Part shown: one piece after another, positions 10,258-20,621 of the stretch
Layout: each line of letters begins with the position of its first letter
How positions within the stretch are numbered: the first letter of the stretch is position 1
NCBI GenBank assembly: GCA_963668675.2
Contig: CAXXMB010000001.1
Coordinates: forward strand, 1,280,001 to 1,344,000
Source: an uncultured Desulfatitalea sp.
GTDB taxonomy: Bacteria; Desulfobacterota; Desulfobacteria; Desulfobacterales; Desulfosarcinaceae
DNA length: 64,000 nucleotides
Direction: 5' to 3'
Translations under genes and position numbers: made by a program
The notes under the pieces: generated by a model
What the model was told of the DNA's origin: nothing
Seen by the model: only the letters and a program-made list of their open reading frames with translations
The model's database searches: none

Positions 10258-11015
10258 CAGTACGAATTATAGATTAAGTGAATACCAATAAGGGTCAAAA
10301 GAAAGATGAAAATCTCCTTTAAAGCCCGATCGTTGATCCTTTCGGCCAAGCGAGGACCAACTTGGCCGCCGAGGATAACACCGGGGATGGCCCATACGAT
10401 TATGGATAGATCCGCCTTGGCGCCAACCCACAAATGAAATAGAGCGCCAATTATACACACTCCAAATATGGTCGTGATGCTGGTGGCGACAGCAACGCCC
10501 ATGCGCAACGACATCTTTTTGCGCATCAAGGGCACCACCCATTCACCGATGCTGACACTGAGCATTCCACTTGCGATGGCCATCAGGCTCACCACCCATC
10601 CGTATCTTCCGGCGCTTTTCACATTGACTCTGTCTAAACCGGAATCTGCGTAATTTTGGTTGCCGGAAACAAAAATAAGCGCCGTCAACAGCGTCAATAT
10701 CCCGAGTATCAACTCCAGATGAGTAGGAGCTATGATCCGTGTCAGCCAGGTCCCGATGGCGATCCCCGGCAGTGTCAGCAGAAGCAGCAGCCCCGCTAAA
10801 GGCATATCGATTTGTCTCTGCCGCCAATAGGCCAACGCACCCGACCCCATGCCTGCCGTTTGAATTATCAAACTGGTTAAAACCGCCGTACCTGGACTCA
10901 ATTCAAGAAAAATCAATAAGAAAGGCATCCACAGGATTCCCCCGCCAATGCCTACCGTAGAAGAGACCATGGCGATGAGGATACCAACAGGGAATGAGAG
11001 CCAACTATCCGTCAT
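10257..11015 (-). CDS. TauE/SafE-family (TSUP) membrane transporter
   Basis: GIGGG...P motif, second repeat SIGEW, AVATS, multiple TM helices; overlaps both neighbours. Confidence 0.85.
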   Translation of the reverse strand: MTDSWLSFPVGILIAMVSSTVGIGGGILWMPFLLIFLELSPGTAVLTSLIIQTAGMGSGALAYWRQRQIDMPLAGLLLLLTLPGIAIGTWLTRIIAPTHLELILGILTLLTALIFVSGNQNYADSGLDRVNVKSAGRYGWVVSLMAIASGMLSVSIGEWVVPLMRKKMSLRMGVAVATSITTIFGVCIIGALFHLWVGAKADLSIIVWAIPGVILGGQVGPRLAERINDRALKEIFIFLLTLIGIHLIYNSY

Positions 11016-11637
11016 GATGGTTTCTGTCCACCGAATAGAAGTTAAAATAGGCGATCACCTCTTCGAGCATGGCAAGATCTTCCCGGATTTTTTCGACCGC
11101 AACCTTCATCTGCAGGGTCTTCTCTTCGGTTAGCGGTTCTTCGTCCAAATACCCGATCACCTCCTGAATATAGCGCTTTCCCCCAGCGCACGTGCGTTGC
11201 GACAACAGAATGATCTCCTGAAGGTTGCTCGCCATCTCATTGATAACATTGCCAAGATCGGCCAGCTCATTGTTGGCGTCGATACGAATGGTCTGACTTA
11301 GATCTCCAGATGATATTTTTTCGGACAACTGAATCATATGCTGCAGCGGCTCGGTAATGTTCTTGATGAACATCGTCAGCACGATAATCATCACCAGCAT
11401 GATAATGGCGACCATCAGCATCGCCTTGCTTCGCATCCGATCGATCGGAGCAAAAATGGCCTCCTGATTAACTTCGGCTTTGCCGTACGTCTGAATGTTT
11501 GCCCATATCTCCTCTTTCAGTGATCCACTCTGAAAGTCCGCCATAAATTCTACACCCACCAGGACAGAGGCGAATCCAATGAGCAAAAAGTAGATGATCA
11601 TGGTCCGTTGAAGACTATATCTGGATTTGGCGTTCAT
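11005..11637 (-). CDS. Two-TM HAMP-domain protein without an MCP signalling domain
   Basis: Two TM helices, HAMP (ITEPL...ISSGDLS...NELADLGNVINEM), then only about 65 helical residues. Confidence 0.8.
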   Translation of the reverse strand: MNAKSRYSLQRTMIIYFLLIGFASVLVGVEFMADFQSGSLKEEIWANIQTYGKAEVNQEAIFAPIDRMRSKAMLMVAIIMLVMIIVLTMFIKNITEPLQHMIQLSEKISSGDLSQTIRIDANNELADLGNVINEMASNLQEIILLSQRTCAGGKRYIQEVIGYLDEEPLTEEKTLQMKVAVEKIREDLAMLEEVIAYFNFYSVDRNHHDG

Positions 11638-11705
11638 CCTGCTAACCCTTCCAGAGGCACCGTCACAAAAGTAAAGGTCTTGATACTGAAAAATCAGAAT
11701 TCAGA

Positions 11706-11843
11706 TAGTATGGACCGGTATCAATGTGTGGTGAGCCGCAGATAAAAACGGCTCGAACAATCGGAGCACCTGCGGTGTTTTAACAACAACCGATGATAGC
11801 ACCAATCGCCTACGGGAGGCCGCTTTTTAACCGGAGGCATATA
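11706..11843. repeat. Candidate MITE-like intergenic element
   Basis: About 138-bp GC-rich non-coding insert inside the operon with weak terminal inverted repeats (TAGTATGGACCGGT ... ACCGGAGGCATATA). Only one copy in the window. Confidence 0.35.
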
Positions 11844-11863
11844 AGGGCTCGGGCTGTTGCCCA

Positions 11864-12805
11864 TCATTGGCTATTGGAAAGTTGGCTGAGAATCTCTTTG
11901 GCCACACTAAGGTATTGCTGCCCTGCAACACTCTCTTTGTTATATTCCAATACCGGCATGCTCATTATCTGCGCTTCACGTACGCGCGGATCCATCTCGA
12001 TCATTGTGTCGAAGGTGATGCCGGCATACATGCGCTTGAGTTTGTTGCATATCATCTTCGAAGCCGTGCTCTGTTTATCAAACATCGTAATGAGCACACG
12101 TGGCTTGATCGATGGATTGGTTTTTGCCTTGATCAACTGAATCAGTCTGAGGATTTGATCGATCCCATGGGTGGACAGATAGTCGCACTGACTTGGAATC
12201 ACAATCAGATGGGATGCTGTCAGTGCGTTCAGCGTAAAAAACTCTATTGACGGTGGTGTGTCGATGAGGATGAAATCAAAGCGATCCTTTATCGATAACA
12301 GGCGATCCTTCAGAATAAATTCGAAGTTGCGAGCGCCGAAGTACTTTTTGTTGAGCAGCACCATGTTCTTGTTGGATGGAATCAGATAGAGATTGTCATA
12401 CTTGGTTTTGACAATCAATTTTTCCAGACTTTGCGAATCGCCATTGAGCAATTCATAAAATGATGTCGTCTCCTTATACCCCAAAGAGATGGTCAGGTTG
12501 GCCTGCACGTCGAAGTCGATGAGGAGTACACGCTTGTTTTGAAGCGCCAGAGAGAGACCTAAATTCAAACAGGTGGATGTCTTGGCCACCCCCCCTTTCT
12601 GGTTGCTGATCGCCACAATATTATCGTGGTCGGTTCGCGTTTTTGATGCGGCCAGATCTAAGAAGGAGATTTCCTCTACCCGAACTGGTCTGTAGGCTGT
12701 AAATATATGTTGGCATTTTGTACAGCGCGCAATAAAGTTGGGCTCTTGTACAACGCGATCCTGCAAATCATACTGGGTGTGACAACTGGGACAGACAACA
12801 ATCAT
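11864..12805 (-). CDS. Zinc-ribbon (MJ0042-like) plus ParA/Soj ATPase
   Basis: CPSC...CTKC N-terminus; NQKGGVAKT, IDFDVQAN, DTPP. Confidence 0.9.
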   Translation of the reverse strand: MIVVCPSCHTQYDLQDRVVQEPNFIARCTKCQHIFTAYRPVRVEEISFLDLAASKTRTDHDNIVAISNQKGGVAKTSTCLNLGLSLALQNKRVLLIDFDVQANLTISLGYKETTSFYELLNGDSQSLEKLIVKTKYDNLYLIPSNKNMVLLNKKYFGARNFEFILKDRLLSIKDRFDFILIDTPPSIEFFTLNALTASHLIVIPSQCDYLSTHGIDQILRLIQLIKAKTNPSIKPRVLITMFDKQSTASKMICNKLKRMYAGITFDTMIEMDPRVREAQIMSMPVLEYNKESVAGQQYLSVAKEILSQLSNSQ

Positions 12806-12829
12806 TGAAGGGCCCCCCTTGGCAGTCGA

Positions 12830-13867
12830 TTAAGAAATACTGGCCTCTATAGCACCGGGCAACTGAACTTCGTTTACAATCTTGCTCACGGTCCCTCTCT
12901 CTATCGCATGTTGCGTCAGGTTGGGATAGACGCAACATTGGGAATCTTGAGCAATGGTACTCCCGTATAACTCCCGAATACGGGCAAATCCGTCCGCGCC
13001 ATCATCTCCCACCCCGGTGAGCAGGACTCCGATGGCATTCTGCTGAAACACTTCGGCAGTAGAGCGAAAGAGTGCATTCAAGGGTTGCTCCACCGCATCT
13101 TCGATACGGATACATGGCTGGTCGCTCTCATTTCGGTCGATGTACATGGACTGTTCATTGGAGCAGACATAGCAAACGCCCTGCTCAATGATCCTTCCAT
13201 CTTCTGCGGCTTCGATGGTCCAAGGAACATGTTCGTTAAACTTCTTTACAAATGCCGGTAAGATCTGAGGCGCAATCTCCTGAACCACCACCATTGCCGC
13301 CGGCAGGGTCGGCGATAATCTTGTCAGCAACCGTATTACGGTATTGGGGCCGCTCAGGCTGGTCCCCAAAGCGATTAAGTAGTCGAGTGGATGAAATCCA
13401 TACTGGACCGACAAATTCTCGTCTTGGGAGTCTGAATGCATACTGACGCGGCGTATATTTTCGAAATTGACACTGCTGGCGATTTTGACCCGATCAATGA
13501 TTTTACGGCGGGAGCGATCCATATCTTCCGAGATGCCACCTGACGGTTTGGGCACAAAATCAACGACGCCCAACCGCAATGCTTCAAAGGTGACGCCACC
13601 GTCGCTGAACAGCGAGCTGAGCACCACGACAGGGACTGGCGATTCAATCATGATATGGCGAATGGCGGATAGACCATCCATGCGCGGCATATCAATGTCG
13701 AGGGTAACCACATCCGGCTTCAGGTCCTTGATCTTATCCAGTCCGTCCAGTCCGTCCCTGGCCGTTCCGACAACGTCTAATTTGTCGTCAGTTTGAAGGA
13801 TTTCCGATATGGCCTTGCGCATAAACAAGGCATCATCGACGATGAGCACTTTGATTGGTTCATCCAT
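12830..13867 (-). CDS. cheB: CheB-like REC plus methylesterase fold, catalytic His missing
   Basis: REC (TLDIDMP); GTSLSG, VQEIAP in place of QHMP, LTGVGDDG. Confidence 0.85.
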   Translation of the reverse strand: MDEPIKVLIVDDALFMRKAISEILQTDDKLDVVGTARDGLDGLDKIKDLKPDVVTLDIDMPRMDGLSAIRHIMIESPVPVVVLSSLFSDGGVTFEALRLGVVDFVPKPSGGISEDMDRSRRKIIDRVKIASSVNFENIRRVSMHSDSQDENLSVQYGFHPLDYLIALGTSLSGPNTVIRLLTRLSPTLPAAMVVVQEIAPQILPAFVKKFNEHVPWTIEAAEDGRIIEQGVCYVCSNEQSMYIDRNESDQPCIRIEDAVEQPLNALFRSTAEVFQQNAIGVLLTGVGDDGADGFARIRELYGSTIAQDSQCCVYPNLTQHAIERGTVSKIVNEVQLPGAIEASIS

Positions 13868-13991
13868 GGAATACTCTCATTCTTTTCACCCGGCAGCACG
13901 GGCTGTAAATTGGGTAATGCACTGGCCACTAAAAAGCTCATGCCCTGAAACAAGTGGAACGGCGGCACAAGCTGCGATGTCGTCTATAACC

Positions 13992-15425
13992 TTACGAGCA
14001 GTAACGTTTGATAACATTCCCGATGTCTTTTGGTTTGAATATCTCCGTAACCAGATCTTGCTCTATCACAGGTGCGATCGTCGCCGGCAAAATACACTTC
14101 TCAAGCTGGGGTGCAATCACCTGGCCGCCAGCTTCCCGTATTTTTCGCAACCCCTCCATGGTGCCGACTTCACACCCGGAAAACAGTACAATAGTGATGC
14201 GGTCCATATAAAGTTCGGCGGCCGCACCGAGCAGAAGATCGAAATTGTTGGGCCCATTCTCCTTGCTGTTAGTTTTTGCGTCCTGGAACGCCCAAACGGC
14301 TTCATCCAAACCGATCTTAATGGCCCGTTCGCTGGTGCCGACATAGCATCGTCCCGAGCACATGGCGACACCGGTCGCATAGGGCATCACTTCGAAGCGG
14401 CTGCGCGTATTTAAATACTCCGATAGCGTAGGTGCAAAAGGTGGCGGTATCGATTGCAACGAAAGCACACAGGCCAATGGATCCGCTGGTAAGGACGTGA
14501 TCATATTGACCATTTCGAGGTGGCCGCCGACACCGGAAATGGCAATGACTAGCTTTTCGCAAAGGGCTTTTTCGTTTACCTTCAGATAGTCAGCCGGCGT
14601 CAGCTTCGGGGGACGCAGCCTTTGGAACCGTTTGATATTCGCCTTCACCGCCAGTTGAACCCGATCCACCATTCGCTGCTGCTGTTGAACGATGTTGCTG
14701 TTTTTTACAGGCTTGCTCATGAAATCAACCGCACCAAGATTTAAAAAGGACAGAATGGTGGCATGGGACGAGGGCCCCAGGTTGCTCATAATAAGCACCG
14801 GACAGGGACTCTCGATCATAATATGCTTTAGTGCGGTACTTCCATCCATCACCGGCATGTTGACATCCATGGTGATAAGATCTGGAGAAAGCTCTTTCAT
14901 CTGGGACAGCGCCTCTTCTCCATTTTTTGCATTGCCGACCACCTCAATTCCTGGATCGGCAGACAACATGCTGTTGAGAATCTTCGACATGATGGCACTG
15001 TCATCGACGATCAGCACCCGCAGTTTCTCATCTGGATGCACATCGGTACCGGGACCTTGTTGGGTCTCGGTTTGTGCCAGCTCATCCGCCATGCGCGCTG
15101 CTTCCATCAACAGAAACTGGTATGGCTCTTTTATCGTCCTGGAAGGGATCTTGGATGCATCCAAGGTTTCAAACTGACCACTGGGCCACCCTAATATCGT
15201 AAAAAAAGCTTTGACACCGGAGATATTGCCGCACTCAGCATGAACGATATCACCGTCCTGGATGTATATGTTGCCTTGATTCTGATCCTGACTCACGCGA
15301 ACGCAAATGCTGGTACCAGCCAGGCAACACATCTGAATAATGTCGGTCAGTTGTATATTGCGAAGCGTCCCGGCAAAACCACTGCTGCTGTGTTCTTCAG
15401 TATGATTTTTCGAATAGTCGGTCAT
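13992..15425 (-). CDS. DUF4388(PATAN-like)-REC-degenerate CheB fusion
   Basis: GTLRNIQLTDIIQM...LLMEAARMADE (DUF4388), REC TMDVNMP, CheB fold with all three triad positions substituted. Confidence 0.8.
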   Translation of the reverse strand: MTDYSKNHTEEHSSSGFAGTLRNIQLTDIIQMCCLAGTSICVRVSQDQNQGNIYIQDGDIVHAECGNISGVKAFFTILGWPSGQFETLDASKIPSRTIKEPYQFLLMEAARMADELAQTETQQGPGTDVHPDEKLRVLIVDDSAIMSKILNSMLSADPGIEVVGNAKNGEEALSQMKELSPDLITMDVNMPVMDGSTALKHIMIESPCPVLIMSNLGPSSHATILSFLNLGAVDFMSKPVKNSNIVQQQQRMVDRVQLAVKANIKRFQRLRPPKLTPADYLKVNEKALCEKLVIAISGVGGHLEMVNMITSLPADPLACVLSLQSIPPPFAPTLSEYLNTRSRFEVMPYATGVAMCSGRCYVGTSERAIKIGLDEAVWAFQDAKTNSKENGPNNFDLLLGAAAELYMDRITIVLFSGCEVGTMEGLRKIREAGGQVIAPQLEKCILPATIAPVIEQDLVTEIFKPKDIGNVIKRYCS

Positions 15426-15576
15426 AAGAGCAACAAGTTCCGTTCTATCAGGCTTCGATCATAGGGCCGATGTGCAACGGCTCGACCTCAAATTAGACGC
15501 TCACCTCAACGCCTTTACACTTTTTATCACCGGCTGTCCGTTCTCCAATGTGCCTACAGACAACGACTTTTCCCCG

Positions 15577-18500
15577 CTATAGGACAGACGACGCCTTCTT
15601 TTTCCTGGCATGCAGATCGACAGCCATATACACCAGGTCTGAAACGTCCAATATCAGGGAGATATTTCCATCGCCCAATATGGTGGCACCTGAAAATCCA
15701 CTCTTCTCCTGCAAATAGTCCTCTAACGGTTTGATCACTACCTCTTCACGTCCTTTGAGCTGATCGACAACTAGCCCTACCTGGCGTGTTCCTGTATTCA
15801 CGACCACCACAAACAGCTCTTCACCGTTGGGATCTTCAGACGGCATCTTGAACAGTTCGGCCAAGCGGATCAAGGGCAGTGTTGTCTCTCTCAGATAATA
15901 GACTTCCATGCCTTCAATCGTAGAGATCTCGTTTCGGTGGATACGAATCGTTTCATCCACGGTTGAAAGCGGAATGGTGAAGGTCTCATCACAGACGCGC
16001 ACCATTAGGGCCTGAATGATGGCAAGGGTGAGCGGGATCTTAATCTTGAAGAGCGCGCCTCTTCCCGGGCGCCCCTCTATCTCGAGTGTACCGTTCAACT
16101 TTTCGATATTGTCTTTGACCACATCCATTCCCACGCCGCGTCCTGAGGTGTGCGTGACCTCATCGGCTGTGGAAAAACCGGGCTGGGTGATAAGTGCGAT
16201 CATCTCCTCATCGCTCATCCTCTCGGCAGCCTCGGGGTCGATGAATCCCTTGCTCAACGCTTTGGCACGAATCAGGGCGGCGTCGATTCCCCTGCCGTCG
16301 TCGCTCACCTCAATGACCACGTAGTTGCCCTCATGATACGCTTCGAGACGCAATATGCCTGTTTCACCCTTGCCCTTGCGCTGACGCTCCCCTGTCGTTT
16401 CAACCCCATGGTCCACTGCATTTCGGATAATGTGAATCAACGGATCGGATATCTGTTCAATGACCATTCGATCCAGCTCGGTCTCCTCTCCGCGAATATC
16501 CAGTTCGACCTTCTTGTCGGTGTTTCGTACCAGGTCGTAGACAACCCGTGGGTAGCGGCTGAAAAGCTGGGCAATGGGCAGCATCCTGACCCCCATAACA
16601 TTTTCCTGTAGCTCGGAGGTTACCCTTCCCAAGGATACGGTCGCTTCGTTGATCCGATTGATCAAATCCTTGACCAGTTGAGACTCCTTGCTGTCCAGCT
16701 TTTGGGCTTGTTTGAGCATCAACTGAAGTTCACGCATTTCAATAAATAGCTGGTTGAAACCGGCACGGGTGACGACCAGCTCACCCACCTGGTTCATCAA
16801 GGTGTCGATCTTTCCGGCGTCGACGCGAATGCTCTGTTTCGTCACCCGTTCACGAAATCTATCGGATTGGCGCCGGCCTAAAGCCGACGGCGAGCGATGC
16901 TCCTCCGCCGCCGCATAGGCCTGCATTCCGGGTGTCGGAGGTTCGGCCGCAGGCACCAATGGTCTGGGTGGCTTCGGAGTCGGCGCGGGCCTGACAGGTG
17001 AAGCATCCGAAAATAACAATCCTTCGATGGTATTTTCTTCAACTGGCTCCCCCTCATCGGGTGCTGCACCGACCTCCGTCGCGAAGGATGGGTTCAAGTT
17101 TGCGGTCGTATCTTCGGATTTTTCATCGGAGAAGAGCTCCTTCACGACGTCAAGATCGGAATCTACAGTGAAGTCGCTATTCACGTTGACATCAAATCGG
17201 GCATCAAAGGCATTTTCCAGGCGAGACAACAGGCTCTGGTCGTCGATAATCTCCTCTTCGTAGGTGTCGATCATCGGTGCCACATCGGCGTCAGCCGCCA
17301 CTTCCGGCACATCAACCGGGCTCTCATCGAAAACCGATTCTGGCTCGGCCTGCGGGGCCGGTTCCGGGTGCACGAACTCGTCCCCGGTTTCGGCGGTTGA
17401 TATCTCCGCTGCTTCAACGGTGTCAACGGAGAGCGTCTCTGGTGGGAGGTCAAACAGATCGCATACGTAATTCAGATTGCCGGCCATCACGCTGTCATTC
17501 CAGGCCTCCATATCTAGCAGCTCCCCGTCATTGACACGAGATGCCATGGCGCCGACCTCATCTATCCACTCGTCGTAGAATGATTTAAGGTCATCGTACT
17601 CCATGTAGTTTGCCGACGATCTCAGACGCGACAGCCGATCTTTGCATTGCGAAAGGATATCCACCGAAGCATCGGAAGAGCGCTTCAGCCGCTCTGCGGC
17701 CTGGCTCAACTCGGTTATGCCCTCCTTGAGCTGCGTCTTAAAGATGGCAAACAGCTCCTGGTCGTAGGTCTCTTCATAACGCACAGAGGGCGCAGCTTTC
17801 TCGGTGTTTTCAGTCACGCCATGGTCCTTCGGCAGTGTCTTTTCCACTTCCGGTGCAGTATGGCTGTCGATCAGCGAAACAAGGTCCTCTATGGCCGCTT
17901 GCTCGGTCTGGTTTTCAGCAATCTCTGCCACCAGCTGATTGATTCGGTCACGCCCTTCCATCAAGGTGTCTATGATGCCACGATCGGCTTGGAGCGTCTC
18001 ATGCCGCAATAGATCCAACAAGTTTTCCAGTTTGTGCGACAACTCGGCAATGCGCAGCATCCCCAGATATTCCGAAGAGCCCTTGATGGTATGTATCGAC
18101 CGGAACAGTTCATTGAGCACCTCTATACTGTCCGGCTCTTTCTCTAAAAGCATCAGATGGTGTTCGATCTCATCCAGATGCTCACTGGCCTCTTCGATGA
18201 AGTCATCCAGCAGGCTATCATCGACCTCTGGCATCATCGCTTCCGGTTCATCGAGGGCCTTGGCCTCAGATATGGGCTCAGATTGATCTGCATCTTCCGA
18301 CCCATCCCCATCGACCGCCGGGAGGCGATCTTCCAAGGTCATCTCCTGAATGGCCGCAACCTTGGAAAAATAGCTTTTAATCCGATCGATGTTGGCCGAC
18401 GTCACCTCTTTGGCAAACGTCTCCCAATTGCAATCCTCTCCGGCAGATACCGCCCCGCGCCACTCTGTCACCGTCTGAGACCACTGCTCGTATATCTGTT

Positions 18501-20133
18501 TGAGCTTGTCGTAGCCCATGTAGTTGGACGAAGAGCTCAGCGTGCCTATCCGATCCTCGTATCGGTCCAGTGCCGCGTCGGCAGGCTCGCCACCTACCAG
18601 CTTGGCGCTTTCATCCAGCAGCGCCTGCAGTCCGTCTCGAAGTTGATCGACAAATATCCCGAACAACTCATCATCGTATTCATCTTCGAACGCCTCGCTC
18701 TCACCATCGGCACCCGCCTCAATTTCAACCTCTTCGGCCGATACCGGAGCCATGTCTCCGGTCAGGGATTCTATGCGAATGACCAGATCGTCGATCTCGG
18801 CACGCTCGGCCTCATGCTGGGACAGATCGTCCAGCAACTGGCCGATACGATCGTTGGTGCCGATCAGCAGATCAATCACCGAGCTGTCCACCTCACGCTC
18901 GCCACGCCGAAGCAGGTCCAACAAGCTCTCAAGCTTGTGAGACAACTCGGCGACACGCTCCAGCCCCAAATACTCCGAAGAGCCTTTTATCGTATGGATC
19001 GATCGAAAAATATCGTTGAGCACATCGGCATCACCGGGCTGCTGCTCCAACCTCAGCAAATTGCGCTCGGTCTCCTCCAAATGCTCTCCTGCCTCGATGA
19101 TGAAATCCTGCAATAAGGAGTTGTCGATCTTCTCCTCTTTGGAGCCCGGTTGATCCTCTTGCTCTGAGAAAAGCTGCAACTCCGGTGCACCTGAGTTTTT
19201 CTCCTCCTGGGCGCCCTCTTTCTCATCAGTCAGCAGCTCCATGCCGATATCATCGAATCCCAAATCTCTTTTTTGATCGGTTTCCCCTCTGCCCGTTCCC
19301 CGATCTGTCGCTTCAGGTGCCGGGAGGCGATCTTCCAAGGTCATCTCCTGAATGGCCGCAACCTTGGAAAAATAGCTTTTAATCCGATCGATGTTGGCCG
19401 ACGTCACCTCTTTGGCAAACGTCTCCCAATTGCAATCCTCTCCGGCAGATACCGCCCCGCGCCACTCTGTCACCGTCTGAGACCACTGCTCGTATATCTG
19501 TTTGAGCTTGTCGTAGCCCATGTAGTTGGACGAAGAGCTCAGCGTGCCTATCCGATCCTCGTATCGGTCCAGTGCCGCGTCGGCAGGCTCGCCACCTACC
19601 AGCTTGGCGCTTTCATCCAGCAGCGCCTGCAGTCCGTCTCGAAGTTGATCGACAAATATCCCGAACAACTCATCATCGTATTCATCTTCGAACGCCTCGC
19701 TCTCACCATCGGCACCCGCCTCAATTTCAACCTCTTCGGCCGATACCGGAGCCATGTCTCCGGTCAGGGATTCTATGCGAATGACCAGATCGTCGATCTC
19801 GGCACGCTCGGCCTCATGCTGGGACAGATCGTCCAGCAACTGGCCGATACGATCGTTGGTGCCGATCAGCAGATCAATCACCGAGCTGTCCACCTCACGC
19901 TCGCCACGCCGAAGCAGGTCCAACAAGCTCTCAAGCTTGTGAGACAACTCGGCGACACGCTCCAGCCCCAAATACTCCGAAGAGCCTTTTATCGTATGGA
20001 TCGATCGAAAAATATCGTTGAGCACATCGGCATCACCGGGCTGCTGCTCCAACCTCAGCAAATTGCGCTCGGTCTCCTCCAAATGCTCTCCTGCCTCGAT
20101 GATGAAATCCTGCAATAAGGAGTTGTCGCTCAT
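15577..20133 (-). CDS. cheA: Large multi-HPT CheA histidine kinase
   Basis: Three copies of FRSIHTIKGSS, dimerization SIRVD...LMNQVGELVV, HATPase (HIIRNAVDHG, DDGRG, SGRGVGMDVV), C-terminal CheW domain. AAGGAG RBS before ATG 20133. Confidence 0.95.
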   Translation of the reverse strand: MSDNSLLQDFIIEAGEHLEETERNLLRLEQQPGDADVLNDIFRSIHTIKGSSEYLGLERVAELSHKLESLLDLLRRGEREVDSSVIDLLIGTNDRIGQLLDDLSQHEAERAEIDDLVIRIESLTGDMAPVSAEEVEIEAGADGESEAFEDEYDDELFGIFVDQLRDGLQALLDESAKLVGGEPADAALDRYEDRIGTLSSSSNYMGYDKLKQIYEQWSQTVTEWRGAVSAGEDCNWETFAKEVTSANIDRIKSYFSKVAAIQEMTLEDRLPAPEATDRGTGRGETDQKRDLGFDDIGMELLTDEKEGAQEEKNSGAPELQLFSEQEDQPGSKEEKIDNSLLQDFIIEAGEHLEETERNLLRLEQQPGDADVLNDIFRSIHTIKGSSEYLGLERVAELSHKLESLLDLLRRGEREVDSSVIDLLIGTNDRIGQLLDDLSQHEAERAEIDDLVIRIESLTGDMAPVSAEEVEIEAGADGESEAFEDEYDDELFGIFVDQLRDGLQALLDESAKLVGGEPADAALDRYEDRIGTLSSSSNYMGYDKLKQIYEQWSQTVTEWRGAVSAGEDCNWETFAKEVTSANIDRIKSYFSKVAAIQEMTLEDRLPAVDGDGSEDADQSEPISEAKALDEPEAMMPEVDDSLLDDFIEEASEHLDEIEHHLMLLEKEPDSIEVLNELFRSIHTIKGSSEYLGMLRIAELSHKLENLLDLLRHETLQADRGIIDTLMEGRDRINQLVAEIAENQTEQAAIEDLVSLIDSHTAPEVEKTLPKDHGVTENTEKAAPSVRYEETYDQELFAIFKTQLKEGITELSQAAERLKRSSDASVDILSQCKDRLSRLRSSANYMEYDDLKSFYDEWIDEVGAMASRVNDGELLDMEAWNDSVMAGNLNYVCDLFDLPPETLSVDTVEAAEISTAETGDEFVHPEPAPQAEPESVFDESPVDVPEVAADADVAPMIDTYEEEIIDDQSLLSRLENAFDARFDVNVNSDFTVDSDLDVVKELFSDEKSEDTTANLNPSFATEVGAAPDEGEPVEENTIEGLLFSDASPVRPAPTPKPPRPLVPAAEPPTPGMQAYAAAEEHRSPSALGRRQSDRFRERVTKQSIRVDAGKIDTLMNQVGELVVTRAGFNQLFIEMRELQLMLKQAQKLDSKESQLVKDLINRINEATVSLGRVTSELQENVMGVRMLPIAQLFSRYPRVVYDLVRNTDKKVELDIRGEETELDRMVIEQISDPLIHIIRNAVDHGVETTGERQRKGKGETGILRLEAYHEGNYVVIEVSDDGRGIDAALIRAKALSKGFIDPEAAERMSDEEMIALITQPGFSTADEVTHTSGRGVGMDVVKDNIEKLNGTLEIEGRPGRGALFKIKIPLTLAIIQALMVRVCDETFTIPLSTVDETIRIHRNEISTIEGMEVYYLRETTLPLIRLAELFKMPSEDPNGEELFVVVVNTGTRQVGLVVDQLKGREEVVIKPLEDYLQEKSGFSGATILGDGNISLILDVSDLVYMAVDLHARKKKASSVL
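18317..20128. repeat. 810-bp direct duplication inside cheA (18317-19126 and 19319-20128)
   Basis: Offset 1002 bp with a 192-bp unique spacer. Translations match in the coding frame and in several off-frame ORFs. Confidence 0.92.
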
Positions 20134-20240
20134 ACGGATCTCCTTTTCATGGGCGCACGTCACAATGTGTAAGTTCAATCATCAAGCTCACTTCAGCCTG
20201 AATTTCTGTTTCATTTCCGCTGGAACCGCTTCGGCACATC

Positions 20241-20594
20241 TCAAATACTCTCGATCAAATCCACTATGGCTTTTGCGTTGTGCTTATTCACATACCCGAC
20301 AGCCCCTAACCGCTTGGCGTCTCGGCTGTATTTGTCCTCATCCAGATTGGATAAAAAAATAATTCTCGCCTCGGGATCAACACTCAGAATCTCTTTTGCC
20401 GCCTCGAAACCGTCCATATCGCGCATGGTGATGTCCATTGTAACGATATCGGGCCTCAAGCTTTTGTACATCTCCACGGCATCTTTTCCATTTTTGGCTT
20501 CCCCAGCCACCGTGTGGTGTTGATCACGCAAGGTCTGTTTGATCATTTTGCGCATGATCGAAGAGTCATCGACAACCAGTATCTTCTTGCCCAT
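20241..20594 (-). CDS. cheY: CheY-like single-domain response regulator
   Basis: VVDD, TMDITM (phospho-Asp), conserved Ser and Lys. Confidence 0.9.
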   Translation of the reverse strand: MGKKILVVDDSSIMRKMIKQTLRDQHHTVAGEAKNGKDAVEMYKSLRPDIVTMDITMRDMDGFEAAKEILSVDPEARIIFLSNLDEDKYSRDAKRLGAVGYVNKHNAKAIVDLIESI

Positions 20595-20621
20595 GAATTT
20601 TCACCCTATCCATAATCCTGA

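Noticed and set aside
18157..20118. Long duplicated plus-strand ORFs (319 aa and 281 aa)
   Set aside because: Antisense shadows of the duplicated cheA segment.
18317..20128. Diversity-generating retroelement TR/VR pair
   Set aside because: The copies show no adenine-specific mismatches, are too long, and no reverse transcriptase is present.
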